Shown here piece by piece: positions 1 through 13,168 of a DNA stretch of 64,000 bases. Position 1 is the first letter of the stretch, and the number at the start of each line of letters is the position of its first letter. Below the pieces are notes generated by a model, which ran no database searches, was not told the origin of the DNA, and was given only the letters and a program-made list of their open reading frames with translations. The translations under genes were made by a program, and so were the position numbers. This DNA comes from Asterias rubens (Eukaryota): NCBI RefSeq assembly GCF_902459465.1, contig NC_047064.1:1798001-1862000 (forward strand). The letters run 5' to 3'.

Positions 1-545
1 TTTCTATGTATTATGTTTTTCTTATAATTCCTGTTTTTGCTTGTTTGTGTTTAGCGTTGTGTTACATTCTCTGGTTAGTAATAGAGTGCTGAATTATTAT
101 TACAAATCTTTGTGAGAAAACAATTTATGAAACCAACTCTAAGAGCGGCATAGAAAACAAAAGATCAAATCACTAGTCCTGAACTGTGGATTTGGCATTA
201 ATCTCTGTTGCAAGCAACACAGCAAACGAAAGAAGGTTGACCACGAGAAGATGGGCAATATAACCTACATTTATCTAACAGCACAGCAAGACACAGATAT
301 AAATTTGTACGATTAATATTAGTACGTCATTTTTGGCGAAGTCGTTTTTCTGTTTTTGGCGACGCGGCACAACATACAAAATGGGTGCACCGCACTTCTA
401 TGGCCAAACAAAATGATGCGCCATCAAAATAGTTGGTAAAACCACAGTTGTATTTGTATTCATTATCCCAAATTTCCGAACTGTCGGAGTCTGAAGTTTA
501 GTTTTCCAAAACTAGATCTGATTTGTTTTCAAGAGACGGTATATA

Positions 546-1642
546 AACTGCTCACAAAAAGTAAGGAAACTTTTTTCAATCCAGTATATTTGTTATTATT
601 TAATACTCTCTGTGTATATGGTATGTATCAATGCAAAGCTGAACTGTTCCTCTTTAAAATGATACCACATTTGCAATGATTACATGTTGCTGAACTTGGC
701 TACACGAATAACAATGAGGCAAAGTCACAAATCAAATGTGCCAAAATTACCGTTGTCTGTGAATGGTCAATAGGTAATGCTCATTAATCAAACCGATCAA
801 GCTTTTCAGAACCATTAATGGTTTACACAATGATTTGCACCAGTGAGCTCATCGGACACAATGATTTACCCTCATCTCATGAAAAACACCTTGTTTGATG
901 GGTATTTGCAAGACGATATTCTACAGCCGCATGCAGTCCCATACTTGCAGACTTTGGACCAAATGCAATCTTTCAAGATGACAACGCTCGCCCCCATCGA
1001 GCCCGACTGGTGACTGAATACCTGAAAAATGTTAGGGTGCACCGGATGGATTGGCCCACTAACAGTCCAGACCTGAATCCCATGGAACAGATATCTGTGG
1101 GACCAGCTTGGCCTCGCTGTCCGTGCCAGAACCACCAACGCATCAACTGTGGCTGACCTAACGGTTCCTTAATGAAGAATGGAACGCCATTCCTCATCAT
1201 CAGCGCATCACAAGACTTTTGTGCAGCATGAGAAGAAGGTGCCAGGCTGTCATCAACGCCTTCGGATCATCCACTCGTTACTGAACTTTTTGTATCAATA
1301 AAGTGTATTAAGATCAGTAAGTTGTCTTGCTCTATACCAAATTTCTTGTCTCAATAAAGTGGATTAAGATCAGTAAGTTGTCTTGCTTGTTTGAATTACA
1401 GTGTCAATTTGATTGTTCATACAGTAACACAAAATTGCCAATTTTGGCACATTTGATTTGTGACCTTGTCTCATTCTCATTAACGTGGTCAAGTCCAGCA
1501 ACATGTAATCATTGCAATTGTGGTATCATTTTAAAGAGGAACAGTTCAGCTTTGCAATGATATATACCACATACAAAGAGAGTATTAAATAATAACAAAT
1601 ATACCGGATTGAAAAAAGTGTCCTTACTTTTTGTACGCAGTT
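546..1642 (+). mobile_element. Internally deleted Tc1/mariner element with ~205-bp TIRs
   Basis: TA|AACTGCTCACAAAAAGTAAGGAAAC at the left end and its reverse complement ending GCAGTT|TA at the right. Inverted repeats span about 546-750 and 1440-1642, with TA on both flanks. Confidence 0.9.
903..1284 (+). pseudogene. Frameshifted C-terminal Tc1 (DD34E-type) transposase remnant
   Basis: Manual translation across frameshifts gives YLQDDILQPHAVPYLQTL/GPNAIFQDDNARPHRARLVTEYLKNVRVHRMDWPTNSPDLNPMEQ/..WDQLG..../EEWNAIP..MRRRCQAVINAFGSSTRY*. FQDDNARPH and WPxxSPDLNPxE are Tc1 catalytic motifs. Confidence 0.92.
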
Positions 1643-2859
1643 TATTATATATATAAAAAAAAATAAAAAAAAAAATAGAACATTAGAAAATATTGTTTAA
1701 TCAGCATTGGTTGTTATAATTTGAAGATTTTGTTTTGTACGCAACATCATAACTTGGTTAGCCCAAGGGCGCCCTCTGTCTCTGCTATAGCGAGCATCGT
1801 ATAAATATTAATAACACATTATAGAACGTTGAAAGAGGCCGTGAACAAAACAGAAAATAATATTCTTTTGAGAAAATATAAGTTTGAAAATGGGAACTTT
1901 ACATAAGCACAAATCTTTCAAACAAGCTTTCTTGATAAGAAAACAAGAACGATCAACTTGCTTGTAGAACATTTGCATGCAGCTTTGTCATTGTTATGAG
2001 TAATGTTGGTTCTGAGACGAACCGTTGGTCTTGACGTTTCGAACACACTCTGCTTGTCTTGTACTTTTGGATACGTCGATACCACATCGGTTCAGCTCAG
2101 AACCAGTACTTATCCCAAAAGAGCTGCATGACATGGTTGTACAATCAAGTTGCTCACTATAGTTTTTCGTATAAGATCCACACCAAGCAAAACGTGATCT
2201 CAGTGCACAAGGCCTTATAATATCTCCGTCACTTTTAATTGGAGTTAATTACAGTACAGATTAGTTGTTATACAATTATACAATGAACTGTGTATCATCT
2301 TGCGAATTTCAGACTATGAGTTTCATTTTCTAAGTACAAGGTGTTTCGAATCGCTTTCCGGTCCATACTGCCGTGATTCGATCTAGGATTACGGTGAGAT
2401 TACACACAGCATTCGGTGCATACTATCTACCACGATAAACCCACCTCACAATGCTAAGCTTCTCATGTCAGCCCGTACCAGCCATAATTCATGCTCATCA
2501 ATCCCCACTCTGGGATTTTCAGACTCAAATCTACAGATTTATGAGCGAATCAAAGAAGAAATATTGTCACCAAAGTACGAGGAGTGATGGTTGACTTGGA
2601 TGGATTGCCACCGGGGCGCCAAGGGGATGAAGACCCACTACATCTCATGGTCAAAGTACGGTAGTTTGTGGACATTCTGTGAGGTCGGAACCACCAGGCA
2701 TGCCAAGCTCTACAGAGACACCTCATCTCAGATAGAAATAGAATTGCCGTGAAAGATTTCAGTAAGTCACTAAGTGTAGTTCAAGGGTGATTTGAGGGCC
2801 ATGGTTTGATGGAACCACATGCGAATCATACGTGCCACCGTCACAAGTTTCTTATAATT

Positions 2860-3200
2860 ATAATGGGTTCTTATATAGCGTTCATATCATTCATTCAGTG
2901 ACGCCCAAGTCGTTTCAACATTCAGTATTTTCCTGCAAGGTGTTGTGGAACCACGTTTTTCGATTACGATACCAACTCCTTTATAATAGCACCACATAAT
3001 GGTTTACGCTATGCAGCGAATCAAACAAGGAACACCGGGGCGAACCCCTTCTATTTTTTTGATAAGAATGCACTTGGTTCTTAAACGAGCATTACAAAAC
3101 ACACGTGTCTTGCTTGAGAACATTAGTGTCTCGACCAGAATTCGAACCCGCACTCTGATCATGGACACTAAAATGCTCTTATCTGATCAGCCAGGACAAG
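2860..3200 (-). mobile_element. Degenerate tRNA-derived SINE with Deu-domain-like core
   Basis: The minus strand has a B-box GGGTTCGAATTC (3138-3149), then AAGAACCAAGTGCATTCTTATCAAAAAATAGAAGGGGTTCGCCCCGGTGTTCC, which resembles the DeuSINE core from memory. It ends in CGCTATATAAGAA and an AT tail. Confidence 0.55.
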
Positions 3201-3986
3201 TCACGGTACATTACATGAATATGAAAGTGCGGTTCCTGTCCATAATATACGAAATAGTCAGGTAACTACAATGAGTGTGCACCTGTGAAAACAGTATTTG
3301 GATTGGGAGTAATACACAAGTCTGACGAATTCCACAACATAAAATGAAGCTAAGCAAAATGTTCCCGAAGCAAAACAACCGCAGTGTAAACAAGAAAAGA
3401 AAAACAACATTGTTGGTGGTAACCTTTCTACGTAAAAACGAAAACCAAAATTTTAATTAGCAGGTTTTGTTTATTCTAGAACCATTAGTTGTATGTTCAA
3501 CATAAGCACGAACATGGGCCAATATAGAATCACAACGGCTTCTGCATTATAGTTAATGCATTTTACTTTTTTTTAGGGGTCTTGTGTCATTTGTGCAATT
3601 TAATGTTTTCTGTGTTGTATAGTCGAATTATATTTAACTATCTTTTTATTGTTTTCACTGTCAAATTGTAAATTTAAGACAGCAATTCAGTTTTTAACTG
3701 CCAGTGTCTTTTTTAAATATTGTTGAATAATAAACCATTAAAAAAAAAAAAAAAAAAAACATTGCCTTGTGAGGAACTTGAAATGGTAATCTCGCGAGAT
3801 TCAGTCATTCACTGCGGGATTAATGATCTTCATAATGTGTAAAATCTGAGCTGGGTTGTTTTTCACGTTCAGTGTCATAATAAGAGAGAAACTCAATGGA
3901 ACAGTGCAGTCAGTCCAGTTCGCTCATTTCTGGACCAGAAATTTGTAACAGACAGTAAACAAATAATAAAAATAGGTGTCTCCTAT

Positions 3987-4115
3987 CTGGGTCCAATCAT
4001 AAAGTTGCTTAAGCAGGAAAAAATTTGCCTAATAAAAAAGGTTTTCGCTTTGCAAAAACAAGGAGTATACCGGTCACAGATTGTATATGAGAAAAGGCAT
4101 TTTACCATAATTATT
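3987..4115. mobile_element. Family C MITE, truncated (PIF/Harbinger-related)
   Basis: CTG|GGTCCAATCATAAAGTTGCTTAAGCAGG matches the terminus of the other family C copies. No right end found. Confidence 0.5.
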
Positions 4116-4300
4116 GAGAGAGACAAACTAGAAGCAGGCGAGATGAACTAAGAACATGGAGGCATTGCTTGATGGCAACAGACAGCGCAGGCTAGAATGA
4201 GATGGAGAATTTGTGAAGGGGTTTTCCTCCTGCAGTGGAGTGAGATAGGCTAGAAAGAAGAAGAAGAAAAAAGAAAAAGACAGACAGAAGACAGAAAGAA
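4115..4300 (+). mobile_element. RTE-like LINE 3' end fragment
   Basis: Reading frame ...ARMRWRICEGVFLLQWSEIG* (stop 4251-4253) resembles RTE ORF C-termini (WR..EAFVxQW..G*). A GAA-rich tail follows immediately. Confidence 0.45.
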
Positions 4301-4748
4301 GAATATGACAGGTGACTGGAGGTTTCCCTTGCCTCCTGGACCTCCATGTTCGGACTGTATCGCATTGTCCAAAGAATTACAAATACATATTGGTTTGTTT
4401 TTCTTCTTACTTTATACGGCGTTTAAATAATGTTTGACCCATGCTGTGGCACAGTATTCAACATCATCAGACATTGTTATACCACTGCTTTGATACTGAG
4501 TGGATTTCAAACCGGCAATGTATTCCTGGTCACGCTAAACAAGCTGGACACTCGCATAAAACCTTTTGAAATTGTAATATTTTGGATTTAAATATTTACA
4601 AATGGGACGAACTGTAAAACTGCGGTCGCTTATTCAGACGCAAGATCCTTCCGATTGATGTAATCGTCTCTGCTTAAATGGAAACCGATGTTTCTTAAGC
4701 CTCAAGATTTACATTCAATATTAATGAGATTGTATTTTTAAGTCTCTA

Positions 4749-4961
4749 ACTGTAAACAAATATCCGCGAAATGTACGGCACTTTACCTGGCTCCCTATAG
4801 CTGCCAGGTAAAGTGCCGTAAATTTTTCAGTGGAAGTTTTGTGAATTGTGCCGTGAAGGGGTAGTTTGCAAAACTTCTACCGTGAAATTTACGGCACCTT
4901 ACCTGGCAGCTATGGTGTCAGGTAAAGTGCCGTAAATGTCACCGTTATTTTTTGTACAGTG
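4749..4961. mobile_element. MITE with (C)ACTGTA termini and two internal palindromes
   Basis: TA|ACTGTAAACAAA ... TTTTGTACAGTG|TA. The internal unit TACGGCACTTTACCTGGC..GCCAGGTAAAGTGCCGTA occurs twice. CACTG-type termini suggest CMC/EnSpm, but the class is not certain. Confidence 0.7.
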
Positions 4962-5308
4962 TAATTATACTCTCCTTGCGTTCATACGACTTTGCGTAAT
5001 AATATTTAGGTATGGAAAGGTTTGCGGTAAGACCATGTAATGACTATCTCTAAATGAGTTGGGGTGGTTCTGTTAAAAGAACCGTTGGTTTCAACCCGAA
5101 GTCTCGATCAGTAGGCATAAACTCTGATAATGTCTTCTTTCTACAGAAGTACGCAAACCTTTCCCTATCGTTTTTCCAACGTGCAAAGTTTCAAATCCAA
5201 AATATTTAGGTAAATAAGACTATATACATCAGTGTAATTATGCAGCTAATGTCAAAGGTCAAACAAATCATCCAGACTAACTTTTTTTTCTTTTCTTTTA
5301 TATTCGTC

Positions 5309-5690
5309 TTAAAGGCATATAGACACATTTGGTATTTTATTGTCAAAGACCTGTCTTCTCACTTGGTGTATCTCAACAAAAGCATAAAATAACAAACCTA
5401 TGAACATTTGGGCTCAATTGGTCATCGAATTTGCAAAAGAATACTGATTGACAGAAAAACACCCTTGTTGCACAACTTTGAGTGCTTTCAGATGCCTAAT
5501 AAAATACTTCTGGACTAAGGTATTTCACAATTTGAGTAAAAAAGACCTCTATCTAAATAAAAATGTTACTCGCAGGGAGCCGTTTCTCACAAAGTGTTTT
5601 ATTATCAACATGTCCCCATTGCTCGTTACAACGTAAGTTTGTATATGAACGATTACTTTGAGTATTTAGCAATATACCCATTGCCTTTAA
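5309..5690 (+). mobile_element. Family B Kolobok-like MITE
   Basis: TTAA|AGGCATATAGACAC...TTGCCT|TTAA. Shares the outer segments of family A but has a different centre without the GAGACCTCA hairpin. Confidence 0.75.
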
Positions 5691-6098
5691 AGGCAGTGGA
5701 CACTATTGGTATTTGTCAAAGACTAGCCTTCACAGTTGGTGTATCTCAACATATACATAAAATAACAAACCTGTGAAAATTTGAGCTCAATCGGACATCG
5801 AAGTTGCGAGATAATAATGAAATATTAATTAATTATAATAATGAAATACAAAAGAAAAACCTTGTCACACGAAGTTGTGTGAGTTTAGATGGTTGATTTC
5901 GAGACCTCAAGTTCTAAATCTGAGGTCTCGAAATCAAATTCGTGAAAAATTACTTCTCTCTCGAAAACTATGGCACTTCAGAGGGAGCCGTTTCACACAA
6001 TGTTTTATACCATCAACCTCTCCTATACTCGTCACCAAGAAACGTTGTATGCTAATAATTTTTTTTATTTTAGTAATTACCAATAGTGTCCACTGCCC
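5687..6098 (+). mobile_element. Family A Kolobok-like MITE
   Basis: TTAA|AGGCAGTGGACACTATTGGT ... AATTACCAATAGTGTCCACTGCC with the internal hairpin. Shares its left TTAA with the family B copy. Confidence 0.9.
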
Positions 6099-7856
6099 TT
6101 TTTCTGGGGGGTGGGGGAGGGATGATAAATGTTGTCTTCTGTATATTGTCAGATTAATTTGCTGTCAGAGGCTCTCTGATTATAATTACTGGACGAGAAA
6201 TATTATTTGGTCTAGTCTCTGGCCTTGAATGTGAATTAGAAAGTTGAACTCGCGGTAAATTGATGACAATGCAAAGGACAATGGTGCTGTTGACCTAATA
6301 CTCATTGTTTACTATCTTTATTAGTCTATGGCAATTATGATTAAACGCAGCGTTTTCCTAATGCCCAATTTTTATAATGCATAAATGAGGTTGTTTATAT
6401 TTTGGTTTTATTTATTTATTGTTTTATTGTAACGGTTTGTTGATGTTGATACCGTTATTGAAGCCACAATGCTGCTGCTGCTGCAGTTGTTGTTGTTGTC
6501 GTTGTTGCTGTTTGTTTGTTGTTTTCAGTGCTGTTCTTGCTTATGTTACCCTTGTTTTGGCCAGTTATTGTTACTCTTGTTTGTTTTATCTTGATTGTGT
6601 AACTCTTATTGTGGTTAATATTGCTCCCATTCTGATGTAGATTGATTTATAGTGCAAAGACACTGCATCAACACAATCAATGAAACGCTACATTGTGTGT
6701 AAAGACAGCCCGTGTCCTACATCGAGAACTGCGTTTCTATTTCTCACTGACTCCAGAGGGGAAAGAAAATAGTAATCATGCTAGAACGATTTAGGCAAAC
6801 CAGTCGACTGCGATTTGGGACCACGGTTAATTTTCCAGCAATCTAAGACGGAATTACTTTTGGTGGCGTTCGTGTCAATTCGTTGCCGGGGGCAGGGAGG
6901 AGCGAAGATGATGTTGATGACTTGGATACACTTGAGAGGTGCTTGGAGCACCATCTTAAGGTGTGTGCAGGAGAAGTAAACCTGGCATTTGTGATGTTGC
7001 CGATGGAGGAATGATAAGAAAGTAGATATAAGAAGATGTTGGTGATGTGGGGATGGGGGAGGAATAAGATAATCAAAATGGCCTGGACAAAACGTCTTGC
7101 GGAAAACCACTGATACAATTACAGAAGGAGCTAATCAAAAAGAGAACATCCTTCCCCATATAAGGAGATGAAGAGATATAAGACGAAAAAACAACCACCC
7201 CAATCCCCCCCCCCTAAAAAAAAAAAAACAAAAAAAACAACCACAACAACAACAACAACAACAACAACAACATCAACAACGAAATACTATGGAAAGGTTT
7301 ATCACCTTAGCATTTTTATGTAACCATTGTTTTGCCACAAGTAACCTCTTTGAAACCATACACCAAATTGATAATTTCAGGAGTGCGATTTATAATACTG
7401 ACCCCTCCTCCAACCCTCCTCACCCTCTCGCGGTGGAAGATAACAACCCTTGCCTCATCAGCGTAGTTACATATTGAGTGATGGTAATGATTGTGATTAT
7501 ACTTCCCAATCAGTGAGAAGGAGAAGGCGGTCCCGTCGAATAATTCAACAAGAAGGACAACCTAAAAAAAAAAAAGGTTTCTACATTAATGAGACTAGAG
7601 ACTCTCCAACTCAACTCACCCGTGTCCAATTCTAGTGCCAAAACGTACTCAGAAACCGTATATAGAGTTGCAACCTTGAGGTGTGTATTTTGGTAATTAA
7701 CGTTTCGGGTACACGGGTGCTCATCTTCAACGCTTGTCATGGCTGAGTGAACTCAACGTGTCCAGCTATCCAATTATATTCTATCTGTGCATATTTTATC
7801 CCCAAGAAACTGCGATATATTATGTTGGATCTAACTAAGGTTTTAGGATGAGACCT

Positions 7857-8229
7857 TTAAAGACACTGGGCACTATTGGTAATTATCAAAGACCCGTCTT
7901 CGCACTTGGTGTATCTCAACATATGCATAAAATATCAAGCCTGTGGAAATTTGAGCTCGATTGGTCGTCGGAGTTGCGAGATAACTATGAAACAAAAAAA
8001 CACCCTTGTTACACGAAGTTGCGTGCTTTCAGATGCTTGATTTCAAGACCTCAAATTCTAAACCTGAGGTCTCGAAATCAATTTTGCGGAAAATTACTCC
8101 TTTCTCGAAAACTACGTTACTTCAGAGGGAGCCGTTTCTCACAATGTTTATAACTATCAACCTTACCAAGTAAGGTTTAATGCTAACATTTGTTTTTGAG
8201 TAATTACCAATAGTGTACACTGCCTTTAA
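7857..8229 (+). mobile_element. Family A Kolobok-like MITE
   Basis: TTAA on both sides, ~24-bp TIRs, internal GATTTCRAGACCTCA-N11-TGAGGTCTCGAAATC hairpin. Confidence 0.9.
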
Positions 8230-9203
8230 ATGATGTTTCCAGGTGTCCATGTTTCCATGTGTCCATGAAACAAGACATGTGTGTATGTACATTTTTATTG
8301 TGCTGTGTTCTGTGAACGAATTGTTCCTATCGTGTGAATTCACGTGAGATGGTTCCTTCAAAGTAAGTCAAGGCTAATGACCACGGTTGGTATCCCGTGA
8401 AATTTAACATATTACTGAAATGAATAAATACACTAAACAAACAATTCCGCCCTCATTTATCTCAGATCCGGCAACTGGTATTTTTATGTTGTAATTTGCT
8501 TGGTTTTGTCAGCAAAGTCTTTAGATATTGAGTTTCATTAATGTATCCTCCCTTTAAGTTTTTATTTATCGAACCAATATTTGAGATTGTATTTATGAAA
8601 CAATTCACCCAATTGTTTTATTTGTTTCCGACAGAAATTAAACAAACATATTTTTACGCACTTGTTGACACTTAAGACTCTCGTCTCAGATGACGTATAT
8701 TTTTACACATATCGGTCAGGGAAATAATATTAAAATTATCAATATTTTCATTATTAAAAAAAGTGTATTTACAGAAATTATGCGAGGAAAGAAGAAAGTA
8801 ACAATTTATGCCAGCTGCTTACACAATAACACTTCAAGTTAATGGTAATTTTGATAATCACCGCCCAGAGTTAGGATGTTGAAACATCAAAGTAGTACTT
8901 TCAGTTTATACTTCGGGTGATTAAGGCTTGTAATTCCTTTGGGCAAACCTGAACCGAGGTAGTTGACTCATGTTAGTATACCAGCTGATTTATTCATTGG
9001 TATTACCTCGTGATCGATATTTATTATGCTGCCTCTATCTTGGTCATGTTCCTCGTATCAAATAACAATAAGGAATGCTAATAATTATGTTGCAAATAAT
9101 GAACCAGACTATTTTGTTCGTCCAGCGTCGGTTTGGTAACATTGATATCAATGTGAGAAATTCAAGATGGCTGCACCACGATAAAAGTCTTTTTACTGTC
9201 CAA

Positions 9204-9332
9204 GGCCGTGTCCGAAACGACGGCTTCGGCTACAGCTACGTCTAGAACAGCGCGTCGGCCAGTGTTGAAGAATAGGCAGACGCGCGCGATCTAGCCGTAG
9301 CTGTAGCCGAAGTCGCCGTTTCGGACACGGCC
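9204..9332. mobile_element. 129-bp fold-back MITE with 3-bp TSD (CAA), PIF/Harbinger-like
   Basis: CAA|GGCCGTGTCCGAAACGACGGCTTCGGCTACAGCTACG ... CGTAGCTGTAGCCGAAGTCGCCGTTTCGGACACGGCC|CAA, with ~40-bp near-perfect arms. Confidence 0.85.
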
Positions 9333-10816
9333 CAAGTTTGGTAGAAATCAGTGTATCAACGAATCAAATTCACATGTTTTCTCATTGACAATGAAGAAAC
9401 GCATCACATCGGGTGATTTAGGACCGAGGTAGTTGAGGTACCACGTGATTAATTCATTGGTTTCGTCGCGACTCACTATCCAAGCTTGGTAAAAATCATG
9501 TTGTTTATTCTTATCAGAGAAGAAATGCAACACACATAAATTGAATTTGCTGATCTCCTAGTCCCCCTAAAAATGCAGAAACGAAATGAATTTTGGTTAT
9601 TTATGCACTGCTGGAAAGACGATCTGGATAGCAATCCGCAAAACAATGTTACAAGGAGATGCTATTTCCACCCCTGCATCCTACGTTTCTCCCAGATGAT
9701 CGCTACATCTCAAGGAATTAAACAAGAAGGAAAAAATGCACTAATTCATTCCCAGCCACGTCTAAGCGTAGACGTGTTTACTAAAGCAGTCTCACTTACC
9801 ATCAATACAGCTCTGATTCGATTAGTTACACGCAAAACGATTACCCTTCTGACACGCGCGGGAACAACTTGAGAAACCAGAGATAACTTAGGTATTATGT
9901 GAAGAAAACAAACTGTATCCAACCTCACATAGTTGTGCGGCTGCAGCGTTTATCGCTCAATTACACGCATCAGAGAGACGAACATCCCTAGAGTCTTAAG
10001 CCGCATCTCTGAGTTATCAAGTACCGTGGCTACCTCTCCCTGAGACCCGATAGGGGTACCCGACTGAACGGGGCCCATCCCGGCCGTGTCCGCGGGGGAG
10101 AACTCGGTAAAAAGGCAATTAAATCGGAGGTTACGCACGGCCGGATAACAGCGACTTTTCATTATACTTGAGGTCCTGGGAGAGGGTCCGTCACCCGTAG
10201 CATCGTCCTGGAGACGGGGGAAGGAAGAGAAGAGGAGGTTGAGACATCTGCCGGGAATGAGATGGAGGATTCTCAATTCAGTTGAAGACAGAAATCCTCC
10301 TGGTGAACAAGCTGAGACAAGAAGTTCTTCAGCGTCCAAGGCCGGCAGCAGGTGTGTTACATTTTTGTTTTCATGTATAACAATAACATAAAATAAAAAC
10401 CTTTTCGGAAACTTGTTTTTTTTTTTTTTTTTTTTTGGGGGGGGGGGTTTGTATGGATAATTTCTAATCAGGTGTTTCCATGAAGATGTACTTAAATGAA
10501 ACTTGCTTGTATAAAACTTTTCTCCTAAAAAAGTTAAGTTACAATTGTTGATGATAACTCTGGATACATTTTATAATCTCATAAAATTTATGATGCAAAA
10601 AGTAAGTCGGGAATATCCAACGGACACAATTCCAACAAATCATTTCTGGATTGATTACTTACAACAAATCTCTATTTGTACAGTAAGTGCAATTACAAAT
10701 TTTGATTTTAAAAAGTCAAGGTTGACAACGAGACATTGATAGAAAGGTAAAGTTGCATCAAGTTATTGCAACGTAGCGAGTAGAACATGTTTAAATAACT
10801 AGTGAGAGAGACTTCG

Positions 10817-11202
10817 TTAAAGTCAGTGGACACTATTGGTAATTACTTAAAATAATTATTAGCATTAAACCTTACTTGGTAAAGAGTAATGGGGAGAGGT
10901 TGACAGTATAAAATGTTGTGAGAAACGGCTCCATCTGAAGTGACGTAGTTTTGGAGAAAGAAGTAATTTTCCATGAATTTGATTTCGACACCTCAAGTTT
11001 AGAACTAGAGGTCTCGAAATCAAGTATCTGAAAGCACACAACTTCGTGTGACAAGGGTGTTTTTTCTTTCATAGTTATCTCACAACTCCGACGACCGACC
11101 GCGCTCAAATGTTCACAGGTTTGCTATTTTATGCATATGTTGAGATACACCAAGTGAGAAGACTAGTCTTTGACAATTACCAATAGTGTCCACTGGCTTT
11201 AA
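10817..11202 (-). mobile_element. Family A Kolobok-like MITE (reverse orientation)
   Basis: TTAA TSDs, TIRs and internal hairpin. Reverse complement of the 7857 copy. Confidence 0.9.
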
Positions 11203-12792
11203 AGGTAGCTTACGCAGACACAAACTACATGAAAACTTGTTGCTTTATCACGATGTTAATGATGTCGAGTTAATATCATTGCAACTTTTAATGCTCCAGT
11301 CAACTGGTGCACGATTTATTTGCAGGTAACTCGCAATATACTGGTATCCAGTAGCCAATATCGATGAGCAATTATTACAATCCATTTTTGACATTCATGT
11401 AAAAGCTGTTTTTTGGGGGGCACAGGAAACTGACAGGGATTTAAACAAAGCGAAGGGCATACGACATTCAATGAATGACAGTTAAAAAGCCAACAAAGTC
11501 ACAAGAGGGGGGGGGGTTACGACAATATTACGTATTAGCGAAATTACGGTATTTAAAACAAGGCTTGTGTAGGTACTGATTAAGATGACGTCGTCAATAT
11601 GACGTACAGCGAGTTTAAAGAAAGTTGCAGGCTGTTTAATTCCCTAAACACATTTTGTACGTGGAAATGGCAGGGTGAATTATTATCATTATTATTTTTT
11701 TTTTTAAGCGGAGCCCCCCCCCCCCCCCCCCCTTTCTGGTGGCATCGCGGGTTCGGTGTATACTTCACGAACATTTTGCAGACACGGTTACTTTTTAGTT
11801 CGACTTCTTTGAATGTGAGACAACATCACATATCGGTTCTCATGGTTGAGCATAAAATAAACATAGCAATACAGATATATAGGCCTATGTCAGTTCCGAT
11901 GATATTTTATTTTAAATTATAAAAATGATGTCACTCAGAATGGTGTTAAAATTTGTGGGGTTTGTTTTTATGCTTTAATGATTTTCACCAATGCTTCAGC
12001 TATTATACCAAATCAAATGATTTGCCAGAACAAACAAGGTTTGTTTAATACAAAGGACGGATCGGATCGAAAGGGGGGGGGGGCACCTTTGAGATACTTA
12101 ACAAATCGTATATATTGTTGTTTTGGTAGAGTTTAGATAAATGATAAATCGCATGCTTTAAAAAGTATGGTCAGTGTTTCTTCATTGTAAGTCACATTAA
12201 GACCGTTGTCTTACAAGAGAGCCAGTTAAGACAGATCCCGCATATTTCTATATTGTGCTATTTGACCCGCGATCGACTATTCCAATCCAACGCAGCATAA
12301 TTATAATTACCCCCTAGTTACTGAGATGAAATATGCAAGGAATACCCATCACTTCATCACTCATTTTCGAATTGCCTACAAAGAAGAAGAACACGTGCTA
12401 AACACAGAATGGTGTCTAGTCAATACCAAGGGCATCTAACAGGTACCGTAACAACATAACATATAAAACCACCACCTAGAAACTAAATAGGGTGTCCAGC
12501 GCTCTCGGGCAGGCTTTGGTACTGGTGTTTGCTCTCCTCGATGTTTAAACAACATCTCAAGAAACTGATGATCGGCTTCGCTGAAAACAATGCCTTGGGA
12601 CTCTTGTACAGCCTAAGAAGTGTTATACACCTTTAAGATGAAGAGCCGAGGGCTGGGTTTCTCGTCTCTACACCCTAGATGACATCGCCAGCTAACGGTA
12701 GAAAGCTAGGCGCCGGTTGATTGGTCCTACATCAATCACGATCCCCATCACCGGATACGATGGCTAGCTTGCATCTGACGTAAACGTCTGCT

Positions 12793-12799
12793 AGAGAGA

Positions 12800-12836
<37 letters not shown>
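12793..12836. repeat. (AG)n microsatellite
   Basis: About 22 AG units with one AT interruption. Confidence 0.95.
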
Positions 12837-13082
12837 GGGTGGCGGCGGCACTTTCGACGGCAGCGATGAACGCAAAGATCAGAAGAGAAAAAAATAATCC
12901 CCCGTTTTTGTTGTTGTGAGGCAAGAACAAAAGCAAAATCAATACTTCCTGTGTTGGGATCAATTTTACAACAAAGGTTTTCTTTTTAGGAATCCTTTAA
13001 TTTGACAAAACAAACAGCAGTCAAACCGAAAAGGGAAAGAAGTGCAGCTGTGAATCATTATGTAAAACTCATTCTACTCTTT

Positions 13083-13168
13083 AAAACAAACACTGTATAA
13101 AAAAAAATACTGTAGTAAAAACAAATACTGTATAAAACAAATACTGTGGAAAAAACAAATACTGTATA
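13083..13168. repeat. Short minisatellite, unit ~AAAACAAATACTGT(A)
   Basis: Five imperfect tandem copies. Confidence 0.8.

Noticed and set aside
1995-5150. Possible Penelope-like termini (GAACCGTTGGT...GACGTTTCGA near 2020 and 5075; GGCCTTAGCTTT.GAT near 24365 and 58273)
   Set aside because: Short repeated motifs only, with no RT or GIY-YIG remnant to confirm the family.
7330-7375. Minus-strand YQFGVWFQRGYLW as a possible Hox6 homeobox relic (also KRFWFQSS near 28520)
   Set aside because: Only WFQ matches. NRR and helices 1-2 are absent, so this is consistent with chance.
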